Assembly: GCA_905178155.1 (NCBI GenBank)
Contig: CAJINV010000023.1
Location: forward strand, 32,576-81,687
DNA: 49,112 bases
Direction: 5' to 3'
Source: Amoebophrya sp. A120
Lineage: Eukaryota > Protista > Dinoflagellata
In this document: piece after piece, positions 34,301 through 46,300 of the stretch
Layout: each line of letters begins with the position of its first letter
Position numbering within the stretch: the stretch's first letter is position 1
Program-made: the position numbers and the translations under genes
The notes under the pieces: model-generated
What the model was told of the DNA's origin: nothing
Databases searched by the model: none
What the model saw: only the letters and a program-made list of their open reading frames with translations

Positions 34301-37300
34301 GCACTCAAGCTTGTGGTGGTGCGTGCTTGGTGCTCGTTCATCGTGCATCTCACGTGGGGGGTCGTAGCTTTTCCGCTCGACGGGCCCTCTGTCTAATGGA
34401 AGGTGGAAGAGTCTGTGAGGGGGGGCTCGCTTGAGCCAAGCATCGGGACCGGCCGGAATGCCTTTCTTTTTGTTGAATCCGTTGCCGCTCGATGCGCCGG
34501 GCGCCGAGCGGAAGGGGGGCCAACCTTTCAGAGGAGCCCACTTGGGCACGGGAAACAAGCACGATACCCGTTCCGGCTTGCTGGTATTTCTTTCCGCTCG
34601 ACGCGCCGGGCGTCGAGCGGAAGGGGAGCCAGCGAACCTTCTGAGCCCACTTTGGCACGGGAAACAGGCCGGATATCTGTTCCGGCTTGCTGGTATTTCT
34701 TTCCGCTCGACGCGCCGGGCGTCGAGCGGAAGGGGAGCCAGCCTTCTGAGCCCAATTGGGCACGGGAAACAGGCTGGATATCTGTTCCGGCTTGCTGGTA
34801 TTTCTTTCCGCTCGACGCGCCGGGCGTCGAGCGGAAGGGGGGCCAAGCTTTTTGGCCCACTTTGGCACAGGAAAAAGGCTCGGAATCCGCAGGAACCTTT
34901 GGGGGCCCATGATTTGAGCTTGGGCGCTTCTATCGTTTCCCCGGTGTCGTGGACGCCGCTTGGGTAACGTTATTAATACAGCGCAAAGAAGTAGAAGTAG
35001 TGGTAGTTGCAAACCAACTCTCGTGGTGGTGATTTTGCACAGCATATGCCGCCAAGGCGACCCAGACGAAGGACTTGAACTGGCTCAGCTTGGAAAGCCA
35101 CCTGACGCGCTTCAAAAGAGAGATGGCGGACAAAAACATAGATCTTTCCTCCTGGAAGCGGAATCGAAAGATGGAGACAAACGCGACGGGGGCCACTGCA
35201 CCAGGACCAGGAGCTCCTGCAAATAAAACCGCTGTCGCTGCGAATTTTAGCTCCTCTAGTGCAACGAAGGCGACGAAGCCGACTACAGGTCTTTCCTGTG
35301 TGGGTGGTGGTGGTCTTGGCGACAAGGGACCACAAGATGCAGCTGCGGGCGAGCAGAAAGACCTCCAGACGACGGCCGCTGCACCAGCATCGCTTCCCGG
35401 ACCACGTAAGGAAAAAAGCGACCCCGTTGGCCAAGAAGGTGGTCAGAGCAGCACAGCTGAGAAGCAGACTGGTGGTGCTGCTGAAAATCTCGTCGCGGGC
35501 GGGACGAGCAGCTTAGCTACAGACCTGGTCCCTGTGAAGAACAAAGATGAATCATCTCCGCCGGCAGACGACGCTGTTGGACCTCCAGACACCGCCGCGC
35601 CACCAGCAGCTGCAGCATCTTCACATAGTGCTCAGCGTCCGGCGGCCCCCCCGGTGCCGGCCGATCGCCGCCTGCATTTGGACCAGCCCAGATCTTCTAA
35701 GTCGACGCATAATAAGTGTGCGAGGGATCATGATAAAAATGCTGACACGACAAGGACCACGTCGACCAGGGTTGCAGTAGACCAGAACAAGGCTAAGGCT
35801 AAGCACCGAAACGAGCAACATGCAACGAGCTCCAACCAGCACGGCAGGAAAGAAAAACAGCAGGATAAAGTGGCCCACGGAGATCATCGTCGCGGCCGAA
35901 AGGGGAGCAACGACATCAGCAGACAGGAGATCAAGGCGGTGGCGAAAGAGGCACGAAAGCCCCGGGCGAAGAGTGTGACGCCGACCTCTAAGGAGTGGTG
36001 CCTGATGCCGTTCAAGCACGCGCGCATGCTTCAGGACGAGGAAGCGCAGCGCGCAAAGGAGAAGCGCGAGCGCGAGAATATGAACTGCAAAAGTAACGTA
36101 CTAGTATAAATTGCATTACAAGTTGACTCAGCATTACAAATTAAATTTGTCATGCGGATTTGCCTTAGCAAAAAGATTTGTAATGCATAAACGCAATTAG
36201 TACGAGTGCGATACTTTTGCACAGGATAGAGAAGCGCAAGAAACGCGACAAGGAGGAGTCTCCGCGGGACATATATGGAAAGCGCGTCAATCCGTTCCTG
36301 TGCGAGCCGGTATCAAATGCAAAAATGTCTGGGTCGTCTGAAAGGTTGCAACTTGTCATGCTGTCTATGGAAGGTAAAAAAAAATCTGTATTGCATGACC
36401 AGCAAGGGGAGTTCAGTTTCAGCTACGCGGAGTGGGCGTTATTTCTCAAGCGGAATACGCATCGGAAGGCCCTTGGAATAAAATCTATGATGCTAGGTCA
36501 TGCATTACAGGCGTCATGGGTTATGCAAAATATGCATGACAAACCTGGCAATCTTCCAGACACAGACATATTTGCATTTGATAGCCGATACGATCGGACG
36601 ACGAGGAGGGGAAAAAGTTGCACGCAACAATTCCGTACGCTGTGTAAAAGCATCGCACTCGTAGTAATCGCAGTCGTGCATTACAAATCTCCATCCCAAG
36701 GCAAAACACCAGCATGACAAATTTCATGTGTCATGCTGAGCCAACTTGTATTGCGATTACTACTAGTACAACTACAATGCTTTTGCAATGCATATTCCGC
36801 AAAGGTTTCTTGACCAAGCCAGGAAGAGAAAAGAGGAAAGGCAGAAAAAGATTGCGGAACAGGAGAAAAAAAAACAAGAAGAGGAAAGGCAGAGAGAAGC
36901 TCGCGACGCGGAGGTAAGAGCAAAGTATGCAGCTCAGGCCACCCTTCTTCAGCAGCCTGGTGCCAGGATGAATCTTCAACAACACCCTTCAGCATCTTCT
37001 TCTTCTTCCCACCAGCTGTTGTCTTCTAGTACGAAGAAAAATGTTGTGGGCCTACCAGCTGCTGCTGGTCGTGGTACAGCTACAGCTGCCACCAGGAGCG
37101 CCTCCAGTGGGGCTACTTGCTCCTCGATGAATGATGCCAGCAATGATGTTACCGCTATCCTCGATGAACTTCAGTACGGCTCCAATCCTTTCCACCGCCG
37201 TCCGCCTCTGTTTGGAGAAAGGCACCCGGGAGATCCGCCACTTGTGAAGCCTTCCGCGGCGGGTCTACATTTTTTGCAGAGCCAGCTGTCTGCAGCCAGA

Positions 37301-40300
37301 GCCAAGAATGGGATCATGCTGAACAATAACAAGCCTCCTGCTCTAGTGGGAAATATCAAACAGCATGCGCCGTCGGCGCCGGCGCAAAAATCGGCTTTCC
37401 CAGCGGTACAACCACGTGGAGTTGCGGCGCTGTCTACGGCGGCACTGAATGTTGGACGCACACCAGCTGCCATGACCAGTGGCGGTGGAATTATCGCTCC
37501 ACCTTCTTCCAAAGCTGCAGCCTCCGTTGCAGCACCTTCAGCCTCCTCGGTCTCGAAAGGAAAAGGATGTGGTCCTGCTGGTGCGTCCTCGACCACCACC
37601 TCGAAAGGGAAAGGATGTGGCCCTGCTGGTGCGTCCTCGACCACCTCGAACGGAAAAGGATGTGGTCCTGCTGGTGTGTCCTCGACTTCCACCTCGAAAG
37701 GAAAAGGATGTGGTTCTGCTGGTGTGTCCTCGACTACCACCTCGAAAGGATGTCCTGCTGCGTCCGCACAGTTGCTGACCACCACCTCCGCAAACAAGAA
37801 GGGCCAGAAAAATGAGAGAGCAGCGGGTGCAGCTGTGCTTGCTTCTAAAAATTCGACCACTTCTTCTGCAGCTCCTCCTCGGACGGTGAACGACGACAAG
37901 GGGGGTGAAGGCAAAAATGTTAAAAAAGATGACACGACAGGAGCTCCGGCACTTCTCTCCGCTGGTAAAAATAATCAAAATGAAAATGGTGCACCAGCTG
38001 CGAGTATCAACTGTAAAAATGTCTGGGTCTGGAAACTTGTGATGCTGTGTGGCGTATCATGAGGAGGCCCACAATTACTGGCTCAGCATGACAAGTTTCT
38101 GAGCTTCTAGGTGTTGGCTATTCTGCATGACAAACTACGTTTCCGCATGACAGAAAAGTGGGGCTCTTTGGTAATGTGCATGACAGATTTAAGAGTCATG
38201 GTCATGCCAGACAAGCATGACAAACTTGCATTCTTCCAGACCCAGACATTTTTAAACTTGATAGCGAGTCAGAATAAAACCGCCACTGCGAAATCAAAAT
38301 TGGCGAAGCCGGAGGCTTCTTCCAGCAGTGGCTCCTCGGGTTCTTCGTCGTCTTCGAGCAGCGACAGCGACAGCTGTTCCTCATCGGAGGACGAGGATGG
38401 GGTTATCCAGATATCCTCTGTAAAAGTAGCGTGCTCATAGTCATCGCAGGTATGCATTACAAATCTAGTTGCTTAGGTAAATCCGCATTACAAATTCCGT
38501 TTGTCATGCTGAGCTAATTTGTATTGCAATACTGCGAGTGCGATGCTTTTGCAGTTCATACTAGAAGCCAAGATGCAAAGAGAAGCTGGCCGACGAAGAG
38601 AGACAGGACGAAGAGGAAGATGACGTCGTTTATGCAATGCAAAAGTATCGTACTCGTAGTAATTGCATTTATGCGTGACAAATCGCTTTATCATGCTTAC
38701 AGAGCTATATGCAATTTATACTAGTACGATGGGATGCTTTTGCATTCGATAACGTTGGGGTTATCCAGAAGCCAAGATGCAAAAAGAAGCTAGCCGACGA
38801 AGAGAGCGAGGACGAAGAGGAAGAAGTCGTGAAAAATAAGCCGCTTGGAGAAAACGCTCAGCCCCCGGCGGCGGATGAAATTGAAAGTGAAACCACTGCT
38901 CATTCGAAGGCGAAGTCCACATCACCGACATCTGATGAAGTATCCGCGGGACCGTCGAAAGTTGTGGTGCTCGGTGCACTATCAAGTGCAAATATGTCTG
39001 GGTCTGCAAACTTGTAATGCTAAAAGTGAATCCTGTGAATGAGAGTTCCACTGCAATACGGAGCCAAGCATGACAAATTTTTGGGCTCCTATGTGTTGCG
39101 TGTTCCGCATGGCAAACTGCGTTTTTGCATGAAATGGAGCCACGGAAGCGTTCTTGCTGGACATTGCCAACATTTGCCCACGCAGAGCCGTCCTCTTGCC
39201 GGACACAGCCAACATCTGTCCGAAACAGCCTAGGGCCAAGACGACACCGCGAGGACGACCACAGGGGGGCCGTCTCAATGATGATGATGATGACAGATAA
39301 GAGGACAGCTTCGTGCCCATGCGTCACAGATTCTTGAGCCATGTCAGACAAGCATGACAAGCCTGGGAAAATAAATAAACTTGCCCGGGAAAATAACACG
39401 CAGCGGGGCAATCAGGCTTACCAGTAAGCCAATCGAGGCCTGCCCTTCCTCCACGTCGTCACATGTGGTTATTGGGTTCAGTTGGCATGTGTCAGGGGGT
39501 TCCTGTCTTTGGCATTCCCCGGCTCCTCCCATGGCTGCGCCCCGATGATTGCCGCCGGGGACATTCGTATGCAGTCAGCCGGATGACTGTGACCTGGCTC
39601 GTACTGCGAATGCAGCTGGATGACTGTGACCTGGCTCGTCTTCGATGGGCAGGCGGATGACTGTGACCTGCCTCGCCCATCAAGATTCCTAATCCGTAGC
39701 TCCTAGACGTTGCCTGGCCCGCGAATGACTCCAGGGCAGCCGGATGACTGTGGCCTGGCTATAAAGGGCTTCGTCGATCGATTGTGCCACTAGGGCCTTG
39801 TGTTCCGGCTACTCCGGATCGCAATCGATGGAGGGCGGGACCTGCACCGGCGACAGGCGCTACCCAAGCAACCAACCAAGCCTTGCATTCTTCCAGACCC
39901 AGACACTTTTGCATTTGATATGCACCTGCGGCGCAAGATGAACCGATGTCCTCGTCCACGGTCATTGATACACCAGCTACGGAGACGAGCTGTAAAACGA
40001 GCCTCGAGAAGCAAGATGATCTTCCAGTCGACGCGGCTGCTAAAAATCCTACTACTTCTCAAGCGGAGCTGCAACCCTGGTGGATGGATGCAGATGCTGG
40101 ATGGCTGCAACCGAATGGAAAGATGGATGCAGATGCTCTTGCAGCGGATCATGAGGAGGCGAAGGAAGGTAAGTATATGCTTCTGTTCTATCTTCAGAAA
40201 AATCGAATCGCGAAGAAATTGTCTCGCTGCTTATCAAGTTCTCGGCGGGTTTCGCTGTCTCTCTGAGCCGGGGCAAAAGGGCCGCCCCCGGGCATTTCCG

Positions 40301-43300
40301 CTCGCATCCCAATGTGGGACAAAACCTGCGGCGGCTTGCCAGGCCTTTCTGGGTTCGGGAAAGCGGGCCGCGTCCGGGCATTTCCGCCCGGGTTTGTCCC
40401 GCTTCCCGATTCGGGACAAACCGGAGCGGACCGCCGCGGCATGCCGGGTCATTGTAAGCCGGGGCCAAGGAGCTGCTTCCGAAAATTCCCGCCCGGGCTT
40501 GTCCCGCTTCCCGGCCCGGGACAAACCAGGAGGCGGAAGTTTGTCCCGCTTCCCGGTTCGGGACAAACCGGAGCGAACTGCGGCGGAATGCCAGGAAGTC
40601 TGTCGGAGCCGGGGCAGGCGGGCCGCTTCAGGGCATTTCAGAATCGATAGCAAATATGATCGAAGTAGGAAACTGGTTTCAGCGCCATCGCTTTGAATTC
40701 ATTACCAACCACGGAACCAACGACCCCCCAGGTAATGCTGCTGCTGCTACTCCATGTCCCTCAAAGACGACTACCTCTGAAGGTGAACAAAGCGCCAAGC
40801 TGCAAGCTGCCACTGCAGATGTTGTAGTTGAACCGCAGAACGAATCGAAGTTACCGATTGCTGACAATGGTACTACTGCAGGAGCTACGAATGGAGCATT
40901 TCTAGATCATGCTGCGTCAGATGAAGCAGCGGCTGCTCCTGCTGCGTCGCCTCGTGACAGTTTTTCATCTTTTGATGACGACAATGCTGCTATCATCTCG
41001 GTAATCGCGACGAGCGAGGATCTGCGGGAAATGGGCCTCGAGGACCTGGAGGAAGTCGAAGCAGATGCGAGCAAGTGCGCCGCTCGTCCTGCTGGTGGTG
41101 CTTCCAATGCAGATGATATTAAAAATCTTTACGGCGCTCAAGAAGTAGTACAACCTCTTCAGCCGAACCCGTCGGACGAGCAGCTCCGTTGTGCCCTCGC
41201 AGCGATTCCGCGTCCACGTGGTCCTGACAAAAGTGCTCCTGAAGGTGAGAGTGAACAAGAAGGAAAAGACCCAAGTGTGGATCGGCTACTTCACGAAGGG
41301 CATAGTACAGCGCAGATCTGCAAGTTTGCCGACGAACACCCGGACGCCGGGAAGGCAGCGGCTATCGGAGGAACCGACTATATACCCTTGGAAGAGAAGC
41401 AGAGCAGCGATGAAAAGGACGAAGCGCCACGAGCCGCTGCCTTGGTGGAAGATACTTCTACCCAGGTGGAAGCTGAACCGAAGAAAAACGAGGAAATAAA
41501 TCCTGAAGCTTGCACGACAGGTTTGGAGGTTCTTGCACAGCAGGAGCAGCCGAAAATGGGAGACGCTGTGGCACCAGCTTCTGTTATTTTCACTTCCAAA
41601 GATGAGACTGCTACGCATGCAGCTGAGGTTGGAAATGTTGAGAAACTTGACGACATCAAGCCAGACGAAGCTACTCCAGCTGCGGAAGGCAGTATCAATT
41701 CCGACCCGACCAGCACTGTTTCGGCGATTAAGCCCGAATGCGACCACCTCGATGAAAATGATTCGTCGTCGGATGAAAAAACTCCTCCAGAGATGACGCA
41801 ACAGCAGGAAGAGGCGATGGAGCGCTGTAGTTCCTCGGCGCACCCCGCTGTCCCCGCTTCCGCACCGGAGAAACCACAGGCGCCCGCCACGGCTCCCGAG
41901 GTTCCTAATGCAGAATCAGAAATTCGTCAAGCCTCGATGAAAAAAGAAGATGAAAGCGAAAACCTGATGAACCACGACGGCGAAAACAACAAACAAGAAA
42001 CACCAGTAGCTGTCGCATGCCCCGAAGATGTGGACGTTGAGCAAGATGACCAAGAGCAGCGACAAAAGAACCAAGAGGACAAAACTCCTGGTGCTAACCT
42101 ATCAACCAGTCCCGCACTGGTGGACGACCAAAACGTCATTGCGCCCGTATGGCGTTCTCAAATGTTACATTCTCAACTGTTACACGAGTTTGTAATGCAA
42201 GAGTGGCAAAATCGAAAGGAGGAAGATTGCGCCTTTTGCATTACAGGTTTGGCACAGATTCTAATCCTATTTAGCGAGTCGCGGACTTGTCATGCGAAGC
42301 AGCTTGCTCATGTAGTTACTCATGGCAAACTTGCATGACAAATCATGTAACAGTTGAGAATGTAACGCTTGAGAACCCCATAGCCCGGCTTGGTGCAAGC
42401 GCGGATCGCTTCCTTCAATTCCCATGCCGTGACGAAGTCCCCCCCGAGTGGTCATGGCGCAAAACATAAAAGTTCCCCTTCTGCTAGTCGTGGGAACAAG
42501 GACAAGTCAGGACCGTCTATCGGAGCCAATAAACAACGACCCTCGGAGGTTGATGTTGAACAAAAGCGAGGCAGCGATGAGAACTACCACAAAGAACGGC
42601 GACGATCCGCGGTCTCATTGGATGACGCCACTCATGTGGAAACTGATCTGAACAAGAACGAAGAAAATACGTCGCCAAAAGTGGAAAGCGCGGAGATGCC
42701 GGTGGAAGTTCTTGCGCACCAGCAGGAGCCGAAAGAGCTCCCACATGCTTCGAAGGCAGCTGTAGACGAGGCTCTTTCCACCTCTTCCCGGATCATGGAT
42801 GCTGCGTCCGTTTCGTCTCCGGCACCAGCACTACTATCCGCTGATGTTGTTGCAGCTCCTGAGGATGTAGCTCCCTGTTCAGAGGACCAAGACAAGGTTC
42901 AGGCCTCGAGGAAAGTAGAAGATGGCACTGCAGCTCCTCTTTGTGGTGATGAAGAGACGGGTCAAGAACGAGATGAGGTGTGCAATGAAAAAAAACTCGG
43001 GGCGGTACTCTCCCCTGTTGTGCGGAAACATGCTGCTGCTGCTCCTCCCGCCGCTTCATCTGCTACAGTGTCCGCTGCTGATGTTGATGGAGCTGAGATT
43101 CCTCTGGACGAGGAGCAAGATCAAACCGCTGAGAAATTGAAAGACGCCGTCGCGGGAGCAGTTCCTGGCGTTTCTCAGGAGATGATCAGCAAACAAGCCA
43201 CAGTTCTTGTGAGCAAAAGTGACACACTTGAAGGAAAACAGCTGACCAAGCCAGAGCAAGCTCCAGTGCCTGCGGAATGCAATGACTCCGACGTCGGTGG

Positions 43301-46300
43301 TCCAATCGCTGTTTCGACCGAAGGGGGTGACATCGAAATTCCGTTGCGTGAAAAAGAACCTCCTGCAGCTAATTCGTCGTCGTTGGTGCAAGAATTGAAG
43401 AAAGTGGAAGATGATGCAAAGATTTCCGGCTACAATAGTGGTTCCTGTTCAAGTTCCTCGGCGCAGTTGTCCGCTGACCCAGCACCCGGCGCACCGGAGA
43501 AAGCACCGGCACCCACAGGAGCTGGTCCTGCTTCCCTCCAGGTACTTCTCAACAGTTACATAAATTTGTGTTGCACGATAACAAACGTCCAAGGGGAAAG
43601 ATTGCGCGCTTCGCATTACAAATTTCGAAAGGATTCACCTGCTGTTAAGGGAATCGCGAGCTTGTCATGCTAAGTAGCTTGATCGTGTGGAGGGTGATAG
43701 CAAATTTGCATGACAAATCCATGTACGGCTGAGAGTGTAACGTTTGAGAACGCCATGTCCTGCTTCCCTCCAGGTACCTGTACCAGAACCGGACATCAGC
43801 ATCCTCTCTGGAGTAAAGGATCACGCGGGTGAAGGGCAAGGTGAAGGAGGTGGAGCCCCCGTGCCTTCTGGCACTAGCACTTGCTTCCCTTTTACTTCTG
43901 GCGGTTCACTCGGAGCACACGACCAGGGCCGCGCACCAGCCGGAGGAGACGGCGCAGGCGGGCCTCCAAGTGACGGCGACGGCGACGGCAATGGGCCGCC
44001 AAGTGACGGCAGCGGCAATGGACCGCCAAGTGGCGACAAAAATGGCAATGGACCGCCAAGTGACGGTGACGGCGACGGCAACGCCCCCCCAGGTGGCGAC
44101 GGCAATGGGCCGTCAAGTGGCGACGGCAATGGACCCCCAGCTGGCGGTGATAGCGGTGGACCGCCAAGTGGCGACGGCAATGGACCCCCAGCTGGCGGTG
44201 ATGGCGGTGGACCACCAAGTGGCGGTAAAAATGGACCTCCAGCTGGCGGTGATGGCGGTGGACCACCAAATGGCGGTAATGGCGGTCGACCCCCGGCCCG
44301 TGGCGGTAGTGGCGGTGGACCTCCTGACGGAGGCGATGACGGTGATGACGACAGCCCAAGGAAAACCACGTCGGATGACGACGAAGATAGTGATGACGAG
44401 GACGTCGAGGAGATGACCCCGAAGAGCACCTACAACCCGCGACAGCACCAGGGGCAAAAAGCAGGCGAAGGCGAGCCTGTGCCGGGCGATAACTGGGAGG
44501 AGATTTGTGCGTGGAAAAAGCTGAATAACCCAAAGACCATATGAACTGCAACAGTATCGTACTCGTAGTAATTACTGCAGTTATGCATCACAAATCTCTA
44601 TCTTAGAGCAAATCCGGATTATACAAATTCAATTTGAAATGCTGGGTCGATTTGTATTGCAATTTATACCAATAAAATACCAATAGCACGATACTTTTGC
44701 AATTCATACACCATGTACATCGACCAGTTTAGAGATGGCATCGACCGCGACACGAATCGCGAGATCGCGACTTTTATCAACTGCAAATATATCTGGGTCT
44801 GGAAGGTGGATCCGAACTTGTCATGCAAACTCTGGATTACACAAAAATTTGTGTTGCGTGAACGCCTAAAGCTGTCAACTTTTTGCTACGCAAATAGCGA
44901 GTTTCTCATGCAGGATAGGCATCAAGCGACCCCAAGAAAACTATGTCATGCTGCTGCGCGCATTTTTGCAGGGCATCTGTCTCTGTGTGACCCAAAAGAT
45001 GCATGACAAACTTGCGCAATCTTCCAGACCCAGACATAATATTTGCATTTGATAACTTTCATCGCGTTTTGTACCTTTTCGTCTGCTTTTTCGTCTACGT
45101 TCGCATTGCTGGGAGGTGGCAATGGAAGCAGGGGAGTTCGTGGTGCGCGCTCTCATGACCTCATGGCACAGATGATGATGATGCAGCAAGCAGTCGTGGG
45201 CGGTGGTGGTCCTCTGGGTGACTACAACGATGCCCCATTGGGAGAATTGCTTTTCGGTGGCTATGGCGGACAAGGCAGCTACATGCTGAATGACGTCGAT
45301 GACCAAGAAGATGACACTGTCAGCTATGACTTGCTCAAACGTTACAATCCCAAACGTTACAATAGAATCTGGAATCTGTGTTGCATGATGAGCATAGCAG
45401 ACTTGCACCGCGTTCCTGTAGTTCCACCTTTTGCAATACAAATTTCGCCAGATCTTTGTAGTGGGTTTTGGGGCTCGGGAACTTGTCATGCGCAATCCTA
45501 TGAGAGGTGTTGGCTAGATCTTGCACTCCTGCATCACAGATTTTCATATTCTATTGCAACGTTTGAGATTGTAACATCTGAGGGGGTTATATCAGCCTGG
45601 TTAGCTGCCCGCAGGCACGCATTGGGCTCGCCAACACGGACCGGGACATGCGGCTTATGCGGTTATCCTCGTTATTGGGCTTATGAAATGCAAAAACATA
45701 AAGATAAACATCGTAGTAGGATATATTGCATTACAAATTTTCCCAGAAGGACGAAAGGGACTTGTAGTGCTGATTTTGCTGAGCAACAAGATTTGTCATG
45801 CATAATTGCAATTAGCACGACTATACGATACTTTTTCACAGGATAAGGCAACGGCAACAGCAACTCCAACTTCTTCGCGAACAACCACGATGGAGATCAT
45901 ATTGATGCCGAATTCGATATGGACTTCTCAAATGTTACATTCTCAACTGTTACATGAATTTGTAACGCAAGACTGGCAAAAGTGAAAGCAGAGGAGGAAG
46001 ATTGCGCCTTTTGCATTACACGTTTGGCGCAGATTCAGGTGCTGCGGGGTGGCAGCGGGGTGGCAACAGGGTGGCAACGGGGTGGCAACGGGGTGGCAAC
46101 GGGGTGGCAAAGGGGTGGCAACGGGATGGCAGCGGGGTGGCAACGGGGTGGCAGCGGGGTGGCAGCGGGGTGGCAACGGGGTGGCAACGGGGTGGCAACG
46201 GGGTGGCAGTTTTGCATGACAAATTGGGTGGCAACGGGGTGGCAGTTTTGCATGACAAATTCATGCAACAGTTGAGAGTGTAACGTTTGAGAACGCCATA

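Noticed and set aside
34483-34875. CRISPR array (palindromic ~31-bp repeat at regular spacing)
   Set aside because: The intervening sequences are near-identical rather than unique spacers, there are no cas genes, and the context is eukaryotic.
43821-44551. Minus-strand Pro-rich and His/Arg-rich ORFs, or a collagen call for the plus frame
   Set aside because: They are shadow frames of the + strand Gly/Pro/Asp repeat, which lacks strict Gly-X-Y periodicity.
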